Below, in pieces: positions 45,893-55,988 of a stretch of 64,000 bases of DNA. The stretch is from a virus (taxonomy: Duplodnaviria > Heunggongvirae > Uroviricota > Caudoviricetes), in IMG/VR virus record IMGVR_UViG_3300016457_000036, positions 7,253 through 71,252 of that record; one strand, written 5' to 3'. The stretch's first letter is position 1, and the number at the start of each line of letters is the position of its first letter. Position numbers and translations under genes: made by a program. The notes beneath the pieces are model-generated. The model worked only from the letters and a program-made list of their open reading frames with translations. It made no database searches and was not told the DNA's origin.

Positions 45893-46690
45893 ATGAAAAT
45901 AGTAATTTACGACATTGAAACCACAGCTATTGAACGTGACCTACAAGGCCTCGTAAGACGCATTTGGGCTATCGGTCTAAAAGTGATTGAAGATAACGTA
46001 GTACAGCCTACACAGGTCTTTAGTGCATATCATACTACAGGCACAGACGGCTCACTTGTTCACGCTAAAGCAATTATTCTCTCAGCAGATGTCCTAGTCG
46101 GCTTTAACTCTATATCATTTGATGATGCAGTACTTAGATCCCATTGGAAAATAGAGATACCTACCTCACTTGATTTGATGATACTTGCTAAATTGATGTT
46201 CACTAAAGATGAGCTATTCGCTATCGATATGGACCTCAACTTACCTAAAGACCTATGGGGCTCATTCAGTCTTAAAGCCTTCGCTCTAAGAATGGGTGCT
46301 GAACAGAAAATAGAGTTCGATGATTGGACTAAGCTCACACCTGACATGCTTACTTACTGTAAGGGTGACGTTGACATTACCTATAATTTCTACGGCTTCC
46401 TGACACAGCATGAACGCTATCCTATCCCCACAGTAGCTAATCTTGAAATGCATGTAAAACGTCTTGTTGTAGATCAAGAACGAGCAGGCTTTCACTTTAA
46501 CTACGGAGCTGCTAGAATACTCAGCACTAAAATGCTCGGTGAAAAGTTTACACTTGAACGTAAGCTCACTAAAACTTTCACACCTCGCTTCTTACCGGAA
46601 GGGCAGCCTAAAAAAACTGATAATATGATCAAGTCTAAAGTATGGCTACCTAATAAAGACTACACTCCATTATTAGGAACTAAACTATGA
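45893..46690 (+). CDS. family-A DNA polymerase, N-terminal 3'-5' exonuclease part (265 aa)
   Basis: IVIYDIETTA (Exo I), VGFNSISFDDAVL (Exo II), YCKGDVDITY (Exo III-like YxxxD). Confidence 0.65.
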   Translation: MKIVIYDIETTAIERDLQGLVRRIWAIGLKVIEDNVVQPTQVFSAYHTTGTDGSLVHAKAIILSADVLVGFNSISFDDAVLRSHWKIEIPTSLDLMILAKLMFTKDELFAIDMDLNLPKDLWGSFSLKAFALRMGAEQKIEFDDWTKLTPDMLTYCKGDVDITYNFYGFLTQHERYPIPTVANLEMHVKRLVVDQERAGFHFNYGAARILSTKMLGEKFTLERKLTKTFTPRFLPEGQPKKTDNMIKSKVWLPNKDYTPLLGTKL

Positions 46691-46923
46691 ATAAACAACA
46701 TTCACTCAATACATTAGCACTCTTCGCTGTACGCTATGCATTGCCTCGCAACACATCGGCTGATTTTGCTACTACAGCATCTTTAAAACAATGGTGGCCT
46801 AAAATCTCAAAACGCGTACAAGAACAAATTATAAATGAGATCGAATCTGAAAAAGATCTCTATGGAAACAATCCTTGGTTATGGGACGATTTCCTAACTT
46901 GGACTAAAAAGGACATTAAATGA
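46687..46923 (+). CDS. hypothetical protein (78 aa) inserted between polymerase halves
   Basis: ATGA overlap with exo gene. Confidence 0.4.
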   Translation: MNKQHSLNTLALFAVRYALPRNTSADFATTASLKQWWPKISKRVQEQIINEIESEKDLYGNNPWLWDDFLTWTKKDIK

Positions 46924-47153
46924 TAACATGGATTAAATCACTAGCAATACGACTCAGTTACTACAATCAAAATACAGCAGATACTAAAACTGCTAGTAAC
47001 TACACTCTATTAATTGAGTATCTTAATAATCCTTCACATCCTGACTATATTATGCGGATACATACTGATAAAGATGACGGAAAATTTATTGATGTCAATC
47101 CTGAATGGATGCAAGCAGCGTGTGAAAAAATTAAAGCAATGGAGAAGTTATAA
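46920..47153 (+). CDS. hypothetical protein (77 aa)
   Basis: ATGA overlap. Confidence 0.4.
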   Translation: MITWIKSLAIRLSYYNQNTADTKTASNYTLLIEYLNNPSHPDYIMRIHTDKDDGKFIDVNPEWMQAACEKIKAMEKL

Positions 47154-47350
47154 TGTTAAGTGATATTGTATGTCCCTATTGCAACTGTTCTCATAGACAG
47201 GATCAAGAAGATGTAGGTGAGTGGCTCTATATAGAACTTAAAGAACCCTTTAATGAATGTGGTCATACTTTTGTATGTGCTGCGTGTGAGCGAGAATTTG
47301 AAGTATGTATTAATGTTACATATTCTTTCTCTACTGTAGAAATGGATTAA
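47153..47350 (+). CDS. zinc-ribbon protein (65 aa)
   Basis: CPYCNC...CAACE. Confidence 0.4.
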   Translation: MLSDIVCPYCNCSHRQDQEDVGEWLYIELKEPFNECGHTFVCAACEREFEVCINVTYSFSTVEMD

Positions 47351-47352
47351 AA

Positions 47353-47583
47353 ATGAGTGATAAAATGATAATGGAACAAGAGTACTGTGTAATCTGTAAC
47401 GGTACAGGTGTAGCACGTGTAGGCTTAGGCCATGCAATTTATAGAAATATAACTTGTGACCATACACTAGCTAAGTCCGAGTTTCAAAGACACCTAGACT
47501 TTCTGTTAGAGGATCGTAAAGAAACTGATGATGCTATTGCACAATGGGAAGAAGCCTCAGAGCACTCCGAGTTTATAGAGTAA
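47353..47583 (+). CDS. hypothetical protein (76 aa)
   Basis: CVICNGTG motif. Confidence 0.4.
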   Translation: MSDKMIMEQEYCVICNGTGVARVGLGHAIYRNITCDHTLAKSEFQRHLDFLLEDRKETDDAIAQWEEASEHSEFIE

Positions 47584-47587
47584 GCTT

Positions 47588-49045
47588 ATGCTGTCTCCTT
47601 TCACAGAACCGTGGCACTATGTCAAGAAGCTTACTTGGATACCTGATAACTCATATTCTGTCTCCGGTATACTCACATTCAACAGAAAAAAGAAACGAAA
47701 AATGTTTAAAAAATCTGATATGTTTCACGCTCAACCTGTACGTGGCATACATGAAATTAAGTTTCCTTCTAAGTCTAAAATAAAATGGTTTGCCATTCCT
47801 ATGCGTATGACTATGCAATGGAAGAACGGTGAGTATCAAGATGTTAAATATACTAAATTCACAGCTACTGATAATCAGATTAAAATATGGCTTGACATCA
47901 TGTATGATTTTCAATTCACTAGCTATACCGAAAAAGGTAATGTGAAAGTGGATCGTGATGAGCTTGAAAAACTAGGTGATTACGGTGCAGATCTACGCCG
48001 CCTTATGAAACTTAAAAAAGATATTTCACAATTAAGCGGGACAGATAATTCACTTATCGCACGTTTTAATGAAAATACTCACTCTATACATGGTCGTGTA
48101 GATACACTAGGTGCTGCAACTCATCGATGTACCCACTCTGGACCTAACCTCGCGCAGATCCCACAGGGCGACTATTTCCGTGAACTATTTACGGTGCCTG
48201 AAGGCTACGTCCTGGTCGGGGCTGACCTCGCTAACATTGAAGTTAGAGTACTCGCGCACTACCTTGTAAATTTTGGTAATACTGACTACGCTAAAGCTGT
48301 ACTATCAAAAGATATGCATTGGTATCACGCAAGTCTTGCCGGCTTTATCGATGAAGGTATCGAGTATGATGAACATAACCCTATACACAAAGCTGCACGT
48401 ATGGCATCTAAAGTATTCTTCTTTGGATATTTATACGGACAGGGTGACACCATTCGTGGCTTTACACTATGGAAAGACGGCATCTTAAAATCGTATACAC
48501 AAGAAGAGTATGACTCTGCTTATGAACGTATACAGAACCGTCTTAATGATGCAGGACTTTTTCCACTTAAAACAGATCTCTACGTACAACCTACTGAACT
48601 ACTTATATTTCAAACTATTTACGGTAAACAAGTAGCCGATGACTTCTTAAAAAATCTTGATGGTATTAAAGATCTCATCAAAGACTGTCAGAAGCAATCT
48701 CGTAAAAAGGGTACTGTCACAGCGATAGATGGTCGTGAACTATACTCACGTTCTCCTCACTCATCTCTGAACCTATTACTACAAGGCTCAGCAGGAGTAA
48801 TCGGAAAACAATGGATGGTGAACTACCATGCTCTAGCTGATGCACAGGGACTTAAAACACCTGACGATTGGTATCAGATGGCTTACATTCACGATGAGTT
48901 TCAATGTGCTGCTAAAAAACAGTACGGAGATATACTTGGTAAATGTCTTGAAGACGGAGCTATCCTCGTTGGTGATCAATTCAATATGAACCTTCCCATT
49001 AAAGCTGACTACGACATCGGTCAGTCATGGGCAGACACACACTAA
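47588..49045 (+). CDS. family-A DNA polymerase, C-terminal polymerase part (485 aa)
   Basis: motif A LVGADLANIEVRVLAH, motif B KAARMASKVFFFGYLYGQG, motif C YIHDEFQCAA. Confidence 0.8.
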   Translation: MLSPFTEPWHYVKKLTWIPDNSYSVSGILTFNRKKKRKMFKKSDMFHAQPVRGIHEIKFPSKSKIKWFAIPMRMTMQWKNGEYQDVKYTKFTATDNQIKIWLDIMYDFQFTSYTEKGNVKVDRDELEKLGDYGADLRRLMKLKKDISQLSGTDNSLIARFNENTHSIHGRVDTLGAATHRCTHSGPNLAQIPQGDYFRELFTVPEGYVLVGADLANIEVRVLAHYLVNFGNTDYAKAVLSKDMHWYHASLAGFIDEGIEYDEHNPIHKAARMASKVFFFGYLYGQGDTIRGFTLWKDGILKSYTQEEYDSAYERIQNRLNDAGLFPLKTDLYVQPTELLIFQTIYGKQVADDFLKNLDGIKDLIKDCQKQSRKKGTVTAIDGRELYSRSPHSSLNLLLQGSAGVIGKQWMVNYHALADAQGLKTPDDWYQMAYIHDEFQCAAKKQYGDILGKCLEDGAILVGDQFNMNLPIKADYDIGQSWADTH

Positions 49046-49053
49046 GGATAAAA

Positions 49054-49311
49054 ATGTTTAACTTTCTTAAACAAAAACAAAATTACACCCCTACTTACTT
49101 TTTAGTAACTGTATCTTTTGTACCTACTAAAAAGGGTGTAAGACTTACTACAAGCCAAAAACACAAAGGCATCGAAATTAGTAATCACCGTCTTCAATTT
49201 ACAATGTTAGTAGTTAACCCTCTAAAAATTAGAGAAAAGGTAGACGCACATCTTCGTACTATTAAACCCGACGCACACAACATACATATCACAGATATGA
49301 TCAAACTTTAA
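49054..49311 (+). CDS. hypothetical protein (85 aa)
   Basis: ATG at 49054 (GGATAAAAATG). Confidence 0.4.
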   Translation: MFNFLKQKQNYTPTYFLVTVSFVPTKKGVRLTTSQKHKGIEISNHRLQFTMLVVNPLKIREKVDAHLRTIKPDAHNIHITDMIKL

Positions 49312-49321
49312 AGGATATACC

Positions 49322-49585
49322 ATGAAAGAAATTATCGCAAAAAGAAAAACATCTCATGAACTACGTACTAAATACATTGAATCACTTCATGAATACTATG
49401 CCGCTGAAAATGAAGATGAACAAGCACTTGTCATCGAAAAAGCTAATGCACTTATAAATGAAATTGATCACGCAGAAATAGCAGAAATGGACGCTATTCG
49501 TGCGGTTGAACTCGCTAAAACTGTAGCTGAGAAAAAGTACACGACACTTGCAGACGCTATAAAGAAAATCTTAAACGAGCAATAA
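49322..49585 (+). CDS. hypothetical protein (87 aa)
   Basis: AAGGATATACCATG. Confidence 0.45.
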   Translation: MKEIIAKRKTSHELRTKYIESLHEYYAAENEDEQALVIEKANALINEIDHAEIAEMDAIRAVELAKTVAEKKYTTLADAIKKILNEQ

Positions 49586-49586
49586 T

Positions 49587-51869
49587 ATGAGTATTCAAAC
49601 TAAATATACCCAAGAAGATCTCGATAATATGGCGGTCACTAAAAAGACAATGATGGACTATATGGTTTCTCGTCATGCCTTTACTTCTAAGAAAGTCGGG
49701 GATGTGTTTGAACAAGGTGTAGCAGCTATTTATACTGACGCACCTTATAAAATGAAGCTTATTATGGCTGCATCTGAGTTCATCACTTTCGCTAGTCAAC
49801 TTCGTAAGCCTATTCAACTAGACTCTAAAACACTTGTCACAGTAAACACTATTACTATGCTTCTGTCACAAAGTGGATCAGGTAAAGATGCTGCGATGAA
49901 GATGATACGTAATCCACTTATCCCTGCTTACGACAAGATTTCTGAGTATCGTAAAGAACTTGCTCGTGAACAAGCAGAGGCTAAAGCTATTGCTAATGGT
50001 AAAGAGGCAGAAGATTGGTATCAATTTTATTCTGCACCTCGTGAACTATTCGCAGGTATCTCAACACTTGAAGGTACTATTAAGCATCTCGCATCTATTG
50101 AATCAGGTAGACTCGGCGCGGGTTACTTACAAGTATCAGAAATTGCTTCTGACCTTCAATCAAGTAAAGATCTTATTCCTAATATAGAAGCTCTCTCACT
50201 TGGATATGACTTAGGTGCCATTCCTAGTAAAATAGTAAAGTCTGACGAAAATCAGATACCTTCTATCAAAGGTTTACCGTTTTCGGGGCTGTTATTTGGC
50301 TCTTTCGACATTATCTTATATGATGAGGCTGTTAAGACGAAATTTGATCTGCTATTCAAGTCAAAACTGTCAAGACGTACTACACTTCATTTTAATACTG
50401 AACTATCAGTTGAAACAGCTATTACGGATATTGACAGTATGGACGATGCCGAAGAAGAGTTAGAGGCTAAAGCTATTGAAGCTCAATTAGCTCTTGAGCC
50501 TTGGATGACAAGTCTTGTAGACTCAACAACACAAGATCCTCTAGGCTTTAGTAAAGCCGCTAAAAAACTATACCGCTCTTATAAGAAGTACAATACAGTA
50601 GAGTTTAAGCTTATGTCAAAACTCTATCCACTTGTAATCCTATCTCGTGCTCATGCTCATTGGAGAGCTTTAAAAGTAGCCGCTGCTTTAGCTGTTCTAA
50701 ATGGTCGTGAGAACATTGAAGAAGAAGATATGGTACATGCTATTAACTTTACTGAGCTGTATAGTGAAGATCTGAAAGAGTTTGAGATGGAACTTGCTAA
50801 AGAGCAATACGAGCTGTTCTGTGACTACATGCAATCACGTTCTATCGACGGCGCTTCATCAATCTCTGCACACGCACTTCGTAAATTGGGCTACATTCCT
50901 AAAACAGGTCGTATGGAAAATTCTATGACTGAATTAGTGAAATGGGCAGCCACCTATGACGCAGAAGGTATTTACTCTGTGCAAGAAGGTAACTCGATCC
51001 ACTATGAACTTATTCAACGTACTGATGTCATCGGCTGTAGTTGGCGTACTATCGACAACACTAAACTGCATGACTTAGTAGCTAATCATAGACCTCGTAA
51101 TCTTATACAGGACGAGAAATCTTATGTAGCTTCTACAGCAGTTAATGACTACGTTTATTCTGAAGGAGACTTCGCATCACTTGGAGTATTCTTACAGACT
51201 GACGTAGCCTTTACACCTTTCCGTCTTAAAGATGGTATACGCGGTAAAGACAATACATTTGGAGCTATTAAGTGGGTTTGTTTAGACATCGATGACAGTA
51301 AGATTACTGACGAAGAAGCACATATTATTCTATCGTCTATTAATCATCACATTGCTCGTACATCTGATCCTGAAAATGCCTTTAAGTTTCGTATTATTCT
51401 TGAGTTAGATGCTTCAGTAGAAGTAACCGATAAAATTTGGAAGTTCTTTATTGACTCAATGAAAGATTATCTATCTATCAACATTGATCCTATATCTCGC
51501 TCACACATCATCTTTGGCTACGCTAATAGAAATGTACTCTCTGTAACCGATCAGTACCCTGTAGAGGCTAAAGAGCACATCATGTATGCACATAGCGCTG
51601 AGGCAGATCGCCCTGAGCAACCACCTATGACCGAGAAGCAGAAAAAGGCAGCACTTGGCACACCTTTCTCAACTTACGGCTATGCATTTGAAGCTGAACA
51701 GGGTGAAGGCAGTAGAAAGCTTATCGCTGCTGCTTACCACGCTAAAAAACTTGGTGCCACTAACCATGAGATTATTGAGCTATTACATGAGATCAACAAT
51801 TATTGGGAATATCCTATGCCGCAAGAGCGGTTAGACGCTACGATACTTGCACAAGTAAGGAGATTTTAA
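49587..51869 (+). CDS. large replication protein, possible primase/prim-pol-like (760 aa)
   Basis: position after polymerase; SQSGSGKD P-loop-like; C-terminal WVCLDIDD ... INHHIARTSD resembles archaeo-eukaryotic primase (AEP) DxD / sxH motifs. Confidence 0.35.
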   Translation: MSIQTKYTQEDLDNMAVTKKTMMDYMVSRHAFTSKKVGDVFEQGVAAIYTDAPYKMKLIMAASEFITFASQLRKPIQLDSKTLVTVNTITMLLSQSGSGKDAAMKMIRNPLIPAYDKISEYRKELAREQAEAKAIANGKEAEDWYQFYSAPRELFAGISTLEGTIKHLASIESGRLGAGYLQVSEIASDLQSSKDLIPNIEALSLGYDLGAIPSKIVKSDENQIPSIKGLPFSGLLFGSFDIILYDEAVKTKFDLLFKSKLSRRTTLHFNTELSVETAITDIDSMDDAEEELEAKAIEAQLALEPWMTSLVDSTTQDPLGFSKAAKKLYRSYKKYNTVEFKLMSKLYPLVILSRAHAHWRALKVAAALAVLNGRENIEEEDMVHAINFTELYSEDLKEFEMELAKEQYELFCDYMQSRSIDGASSISAHALRKLGYIPKTGRMENSMTELVKWAATYDAEGIYSVQEGNSIHYELIQRTDVIGCSWRTIDNTKLHDLVANHRPRNLIQDEKSYVASTAVNDYVYSEGDFASLGVFLQTDVAFTPFRLKDGIRGKDNTFGAIKWVCLDIDDSKITDEEAHIILSSINHHIARTSDPENAFKFRIILELDASVEVTDKIWKFFIDSMKDYLSINIDPISRSHIIFGYANRNVLSVTDQYPVEAKEHIMYAHSAEADRPEQPPMTEKQKKAALGTPFSTYGYAFEAEQGEGSRKLIAAAYHAKKLGATNHEIIELLHEINNYWEYPMPQERLDATILAQVRRF

Positions 51870-52075
51870 TGACTACTAAAGAAAAAGCAGTTGCTTGGCT
51901 ACTACATCGTGATATAGATGCGAAAGAAGAGACATTCACTCCTATCATAGGGACATCTAATGTGTATGTACATTTGAATGAAGACATTACTGTAGAGCTT
52001 TCTACTAATGAAGTAGATTATCGTGCTGAACTATGGGACGATATGCAAGAAACTAATGAAGAAGAGGGAGTGTAA
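51869..52075 (+). CDS. hypothetical protein (68 aa)
   Basis: AGGAGATTTTAATG. Confidence 0.4.
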   Translation: MTTKEKAVAWLLHRDIDAKEETFTPIIGTSNVYVHLNEDITVELSTNEVDYRAELWDDMQETNEEEGV

Positions 52076-52389
52076 TGCAATACTTACTAACACAAGAGGA
52101 ATATAATGACATCTCTGCTACTTTCGAGAAACGTATTGCAGACCTCGAAAAACAGCTTGAAGAGAAACGTAAAAATGAACTTGATATTAGTATCGAGATT
52201 GAACAGATGGAAAGATTTACTCATGTTCGCATAGAAAATAATTCTATAGGCATAGATCCTTATAATCAACAAAAAAGAGTATCTCTGCAATACGACTATA
52301 ATAAGCTTCCTGAAAATATGCAACGTAAAATCGACAGACAGCTTATGATCGATGGTTCTAACGCACCTAAGACGGGACGTAAATACTAA
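52075..52389 (+). CDS. hypothetical protein (104 aa)
   Basis: GGAGTGTAATG. Confidence 0.4.
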   Translation: MQYLLTQEEYNDISATFEKRIADLEKQLEEKRKNELDISIEIEQMERFTHVRIENNSIGIDPYNQQKRVSLQYDYNKLPENMQRKIDRQLMIDGSNAPKTGRKY

Positions 52390-52443
52390 TAGACTTTGTT
52401 TGTGAGTAATTTTTACTCTACTCCCCAAACTAAAGGATCTACT

Positions 52444-52668
52444 ATGGAACTAATTCTAATCGCAGGTATAGCAACCGCATTTAACTTCATTATTATTTTA
52501 TGGAAATTCAGCCATGACAGAACTATGGACGGCGTTATTGATTTAGGCGGATTTATCGCTATTTCAACACTCTTTGCCGGAACTATGTCAGGCATGGCTG
52601 CAGGTATGGTAGCGTCTGCACTATTAAGTGTATACCTACTTATTGCGCCTCCTAAGTTTGCATTATGA
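52444..52668 (+). CDS. small membrane protein (74 aa)
   Basis: AAAGGATCTACTATG; three hydrophobic stretches. Confidence 0.4.
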   Translation: MELILIAGIATAFNFIIILWKFSHDRTMDGVIDLGGFIAISTLFAGTMSGMAAGMVASALLSVYLLIAPPKFAL

Positions 52669-53192
52669 TAAATCCTTATCGTACAATGAAAGCTAAAGAC
52701 TGGGATTTTCGCAGTCCTACTCTTTATAAGACAAATAAAACACTTCTTCTTTTAGACGAAGCTAATGATGCACAGATGAAATTCTTAGAAGCTATCGAAC
52801 GATCTACCGAAGACTTCGAGTGGGCATGGTCAGACAGCGTAATGATAGATGAGAATTACACAGCTTATCTTATCGATTACAATGAGTCTGACACAGTAAT
52901 AATGGACGGATGGGTACTAGGACGTAAAATGATTGAGGATGGTGAACTTGACATCGATGAAATACTCGAAATTTTCATCAACGTAAATAATCGAGCCCTA
53001 CCATCATGGATTACCCCGCCTAAGTCTTGGACAGAACGCTCTTGTGATTTTCAAGCCGGTATGTATGACCGCTATGATGATCCTAAAGTAATATGTAAAC
53101 AACTAAATGAAGATGGCTTTGATGTCCTCTTTCAAATAGATACAGTATCACCATTCGCAGTAGATTACTGTGTGTGGGTAAAGGAAAAATAA
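52665..53192 (+). CDS. hypothetical protein (175 aa)
   Basis: ATGA overlap. Confidence 0.45.
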   Translation: MINPYRTMKAKDWDFRSPTLYKTNKTLLLLDEANDAQMKFLEAIERSTEDFEWAWSDSVMIDENYTAYLIDYNESDTVIMDGWVLGRKMIEDGELDIDEILEIFINVNNRALPSWITPPKSWTERSCDFQAGMYDRYDDPKVICKQLNEDGFDVLFQIDTVSPFAVDYCVWVKEK

Positions 53193-53608
53193 TGGATATA
53201 GCAGCAGAACTCAGAGAATGTACTGTCTTATGGGACAAGTGCAGAACAGAAGAACTTGTACACACTCTTAAGACTATTCACGACTTCATCATAAACGATA
53301 TTCCTCTTGAATATTACAGTTGTGAAGATGCAGAAGCTACTTCATTTGAAGACACTATGGCAGAAGCTTGTAAAATTTTAAACGAAGACTACGCTCATGT
53401 AGTTGGAGTACAACATAGATGGGACGGAGCAGCTGACATTGATCTTGATATGCCTATGTCTAATTTCACCTCTCTAATTAGAGATATGGATGGTCCTGTA
53501 ATTACTGTGTACATGGACAGAGTAGAAGTAGAAAATCGTCATTATGACGGTACTAATCGCTATACACTTACACCTACACTTACAAAGGAAACTGATGAAT
53601 CTGAATAA
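53192..53608 (+). CDS. hypothetical protein (138 aa)
   Basis: AAGGAAAAATAATG. Confidence 0.45.
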   Translation: MDIAAELRECTVLWDKCRTEELVHTLKTIHDFIINDIPLEYYSCEDAEATSFEDTMAEACKILNEDYAHVVGVQHRWDGAADIDLDMPMSNFTSLIRDMDGPVITVYMDRVEVENRHYDGTNRYTLTPTLTKETDESE

Positions 53609-54800
53609 ACTACAACAAAAAGCTTTTGACCTTGTAGTAGTCGATAAGGAACCTGTAGTTGTACTAACAGGCTCAGGCGGTACAGGTAAATCTACCACTA
53701 CTGCCGAGATTATCCGTGCCTATAAAGGTGAGATAGCTGTAACTGCTACCACTAACAAAGCTAAAGATGTTCTTGCTCAAGCTTCTAGTCATCATGCATC
53801 TACTATTCAGTCACGCATGGGCTTCGTTATCGTACAGAAAGGTTTTACACAAGACCTTCAACAGATGAACGATCCTAAATATGCTCGTCTTATTGTAGTT
53901 GATGAAATCTCTATGCTGCCGTATAACGTATACGCTGAAATTATGAGAGCACTTGATGAGAAGCTTATTCAACAAGTACTATTCTTAGGTGATCCTATTC
54001 AGCTTAAAGCTATTGGTAAAAGTATTCACCCGGATGAAATTCCAGGTGTGCATCTTGAACTTATGGAACAGATGCGACAGACCGGTGACGACCCAAGCAG
54101 AACTGCTTACTTACAAGCACTCAGAACTGCTATCGAAGAAGGGCATGACGCACCTCCACCATTCCCTGAAGACTCTCCATCACTAACACTTACACAAGAT
54201 CATAAAGAATTTGCTGATGCTTATAATGCACAAACAGGCATTAAAAAAATCATTGCTTACCGTAATCGTGTCGTAGATAAGTATAATACGACTATCCATG
54301 AAGGTGATGAAGCTTTCTTACCTGGCGACTCTGTAATTATCGATCAACCACTTGGAAAAGCACGTAATGGCGACTTAGTAAACATTATCTCTGTAGATCT
54401 TGAAGATAAGCTTGATCGTTATCGTTTACGTGTAGTAACTACCATTGGTGAACGCTATACTATTTATCATTGGAATAACACTACAGCCTATAATAACTAT
54501 CTCGAAACCTTCGTAGATGTTGGTGATGAGATCGGCTATTGGAAAGTACGTAATGAGTCATTCGGTCTGAAGCACCAATATGCATGTACAGTATTTAAGG
54601 CGCAGGGTTCGTCATACGATGCGGTCTTTTTAGACGGCACAGACTTATGGAACGCTCATGCAACACCTAAAAACGAATGGAACCACCCTATTTCAATGGA
54701 CGATTTCCTTCGTATGCTGTACGTATCAGTATCACGTATGAGAGAACATTGCTACGTATTTGTCGGAGATCTTCGCCGGTACGAAAAATTCTCTGTATAA
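53595..54800 (+). CDS. Dda/RecD-like SF1 DNA helicase (401 aa)
   Basis: VVLTGSGGTGKSTT (Walker A), IVVDEISML (motif II), TVFKAQGSSYDAVFL (motif V/VI). Confidence 0.75.
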   Translation: MNLNKLQQKAFDLVVVDKEPVVVLTGSGGTGKSTTTAEIIRAYKGEIAVTATTNKAKDVLAQASSHHASTIQSRMGFVIVQKGFTQDLQQMNDPKYARLIVVDEISMLPYNVYAEIMRALDEKLIQQVLFLGDPIQLKAIGKSIHPDEIPGVHLELMEQMRQTGDDPSRTAYLQALRTAIEEGHDAPPPFPEDSPSLTLTQDHKEFADAYNAQTGIKKIIAYRNRVVDKYNTTIHEGDEAFLPGDSVIIDQPLGKARNGDLVNIISVDLEDKLDRYRLRVVTTIGERYTIYHWNNTTAYNNYLETFVDVGDEIGYWKVRNESFGLKHQYACTVFKAQGSSYDAVFLDGTDLWNAHATPKNEWNHPISMDDFLRMLYVSVSRMREHCYVFVGDLRRYEKFSV

Positions 54801-54828
54801 AAGATTTAAACACTAAAAAAGGAACACT

Positions 54829-55629
54829 ATGTCATTCGCATTAAATAACCCCGTCCGTCAGGACATTATTACACAAACTGAGGCTTTCGGAGACGTATCT
54901 GAACGCTATATCGCTACTTCAACTGAGGACATCATTACTGAAATGAACCACTTTCACAAATTTTCTCCGGTAGGCTTTAGTAACTCACAAGTACGTAAAC
55001 CTGAACGTGATGGCTTTCAAAAGCACACTATCATGCTTGAAGCACCTGATGCTGAGATGATCGATGGAACTAAAATGCGTGTTGTACTATTTAATAGTAA
55101 TGACCGTTCTACTTCTATCCGTCTTTACCTTGGCCTCTACCGTGATGCATGTGCTAACGACTGTGTATTCGGTCAAGACTTTATGGAGCCTATCTTTATT
55201 CGTCATACTAAACAAGATTGGCGCTCATCTGTCCGTAATCTAATGGACGAGTATGAAAACATTCAGGCTAAAACTGATGAGATGATCAATCGCATGATGG
55301 ACAGAAAACTATCTTACGGTGACATTGGTCGCTATACTGAACGTCTTGCAGGTGCTATGAACAAAGAAATCACCGGTAAAATTCTTGATCCTATGCAATT
55401 CAACATCGCACAACGTGAAGAAGACATTGGTAAAGACCTATGGAGCCTATATCAGCGTTCACAAGAGCATGTACTAAAAGGCGGCATTGACCGTATCGTA
55501 CCTCAATTCGATCCTGAAACTAACGCTCCACTTGAAGCAGTTATCAGTAAAACACACATTGTTACATCTGACATGCAAAAGATCAAACTTAACCGTATGG
55601 TGCATGATCTTGCTTACGATATGGTGTAA
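54829..55629 (+). CDS. hypothetical protein (266 aa)
   Basis: AAAAGGAACACTATG; no motif recognised. Confidence 0.5.
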   Translation: MSFALNNPVRQDIITQTEAFGDVSERYIATSTEDIITEMNHFHKFSPVGFSNSQVRKPERDGFQKHTIMLEAPDAEMIDGTKMRVVLFNSNDRSTSIRLYLGLYRDACANDCVFGQDFMEPIFIRHTKQDWRSSVRNLMDEYENIQAKTDEMINRMMDRKLSYGDIGRYTERLAGAMNKEITGKILDPMQFNIAQREEDIGKDLWSLYQRSQEHVLKGGIDRIVPQFDPETNAPLEAVISKTHIVTSDMQKIKLNRMVHDLAYDMV

Positions 55630-55632
55630 AAA

Positions 55633-55818
55633 ATGACTCCTAAAGAAATTGCTATGTACTACAATAGCGGTACTCTAGGTAGCTTCAGCACAAAACTTAT
55701 GGACCTTTTCGGAATTGCCGATTTAGGTAACAGAGCTGTACTTGCTGCAGCTTTTCCTCTCTATGCAGAAGCATGGGAGTTATGGTTTCACAAACCTGAA
55801 GGATGGAACAATGTTTAA
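55633..55818 (+). CDS. hypothetical protein (61 aa)
   Basis: ORF track. Confidence 0.35.
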   Translation: MTPKEIAMYYNSGTLGSFSTKLMDLFGIADLGNRAVLAAAFPLYAEAWELWFHKPEGWNNV

Positions 55819-55987
55819 TGCAGACAAAGAAGAACTCACAGTAACTCTCCCACTTAGCGGAGAAGCTAGTATCATAGTCGCACATATCCTCAGAATTATT
55901 AATACTGATGGAGATGAAATGACTGATGGCGAGTGTATTGATGCTATTTATGACTACTGTACGGAATTAAACACAGGCGGAGCATAA
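55811..55987 (+). CDS. hypothetical protein (58 aa)
   Basis: ATG inside track ORF overlapping upstream stop. Confidence 0.3.
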   Translation: MFNADKEELTVTLPLSGEASIIVAHILRIINTDGDEMTDGECIDAIYDYCTELNTGGA

Positions 55988-55988
55988 C

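Noticed and set aside
47544-47914. ORFs 47544..47783 (+) and 47651..47914 (-)
   Set aside because: Overlap the 5' part of the polymerase-domain gene in other frames; shadow ORFs.
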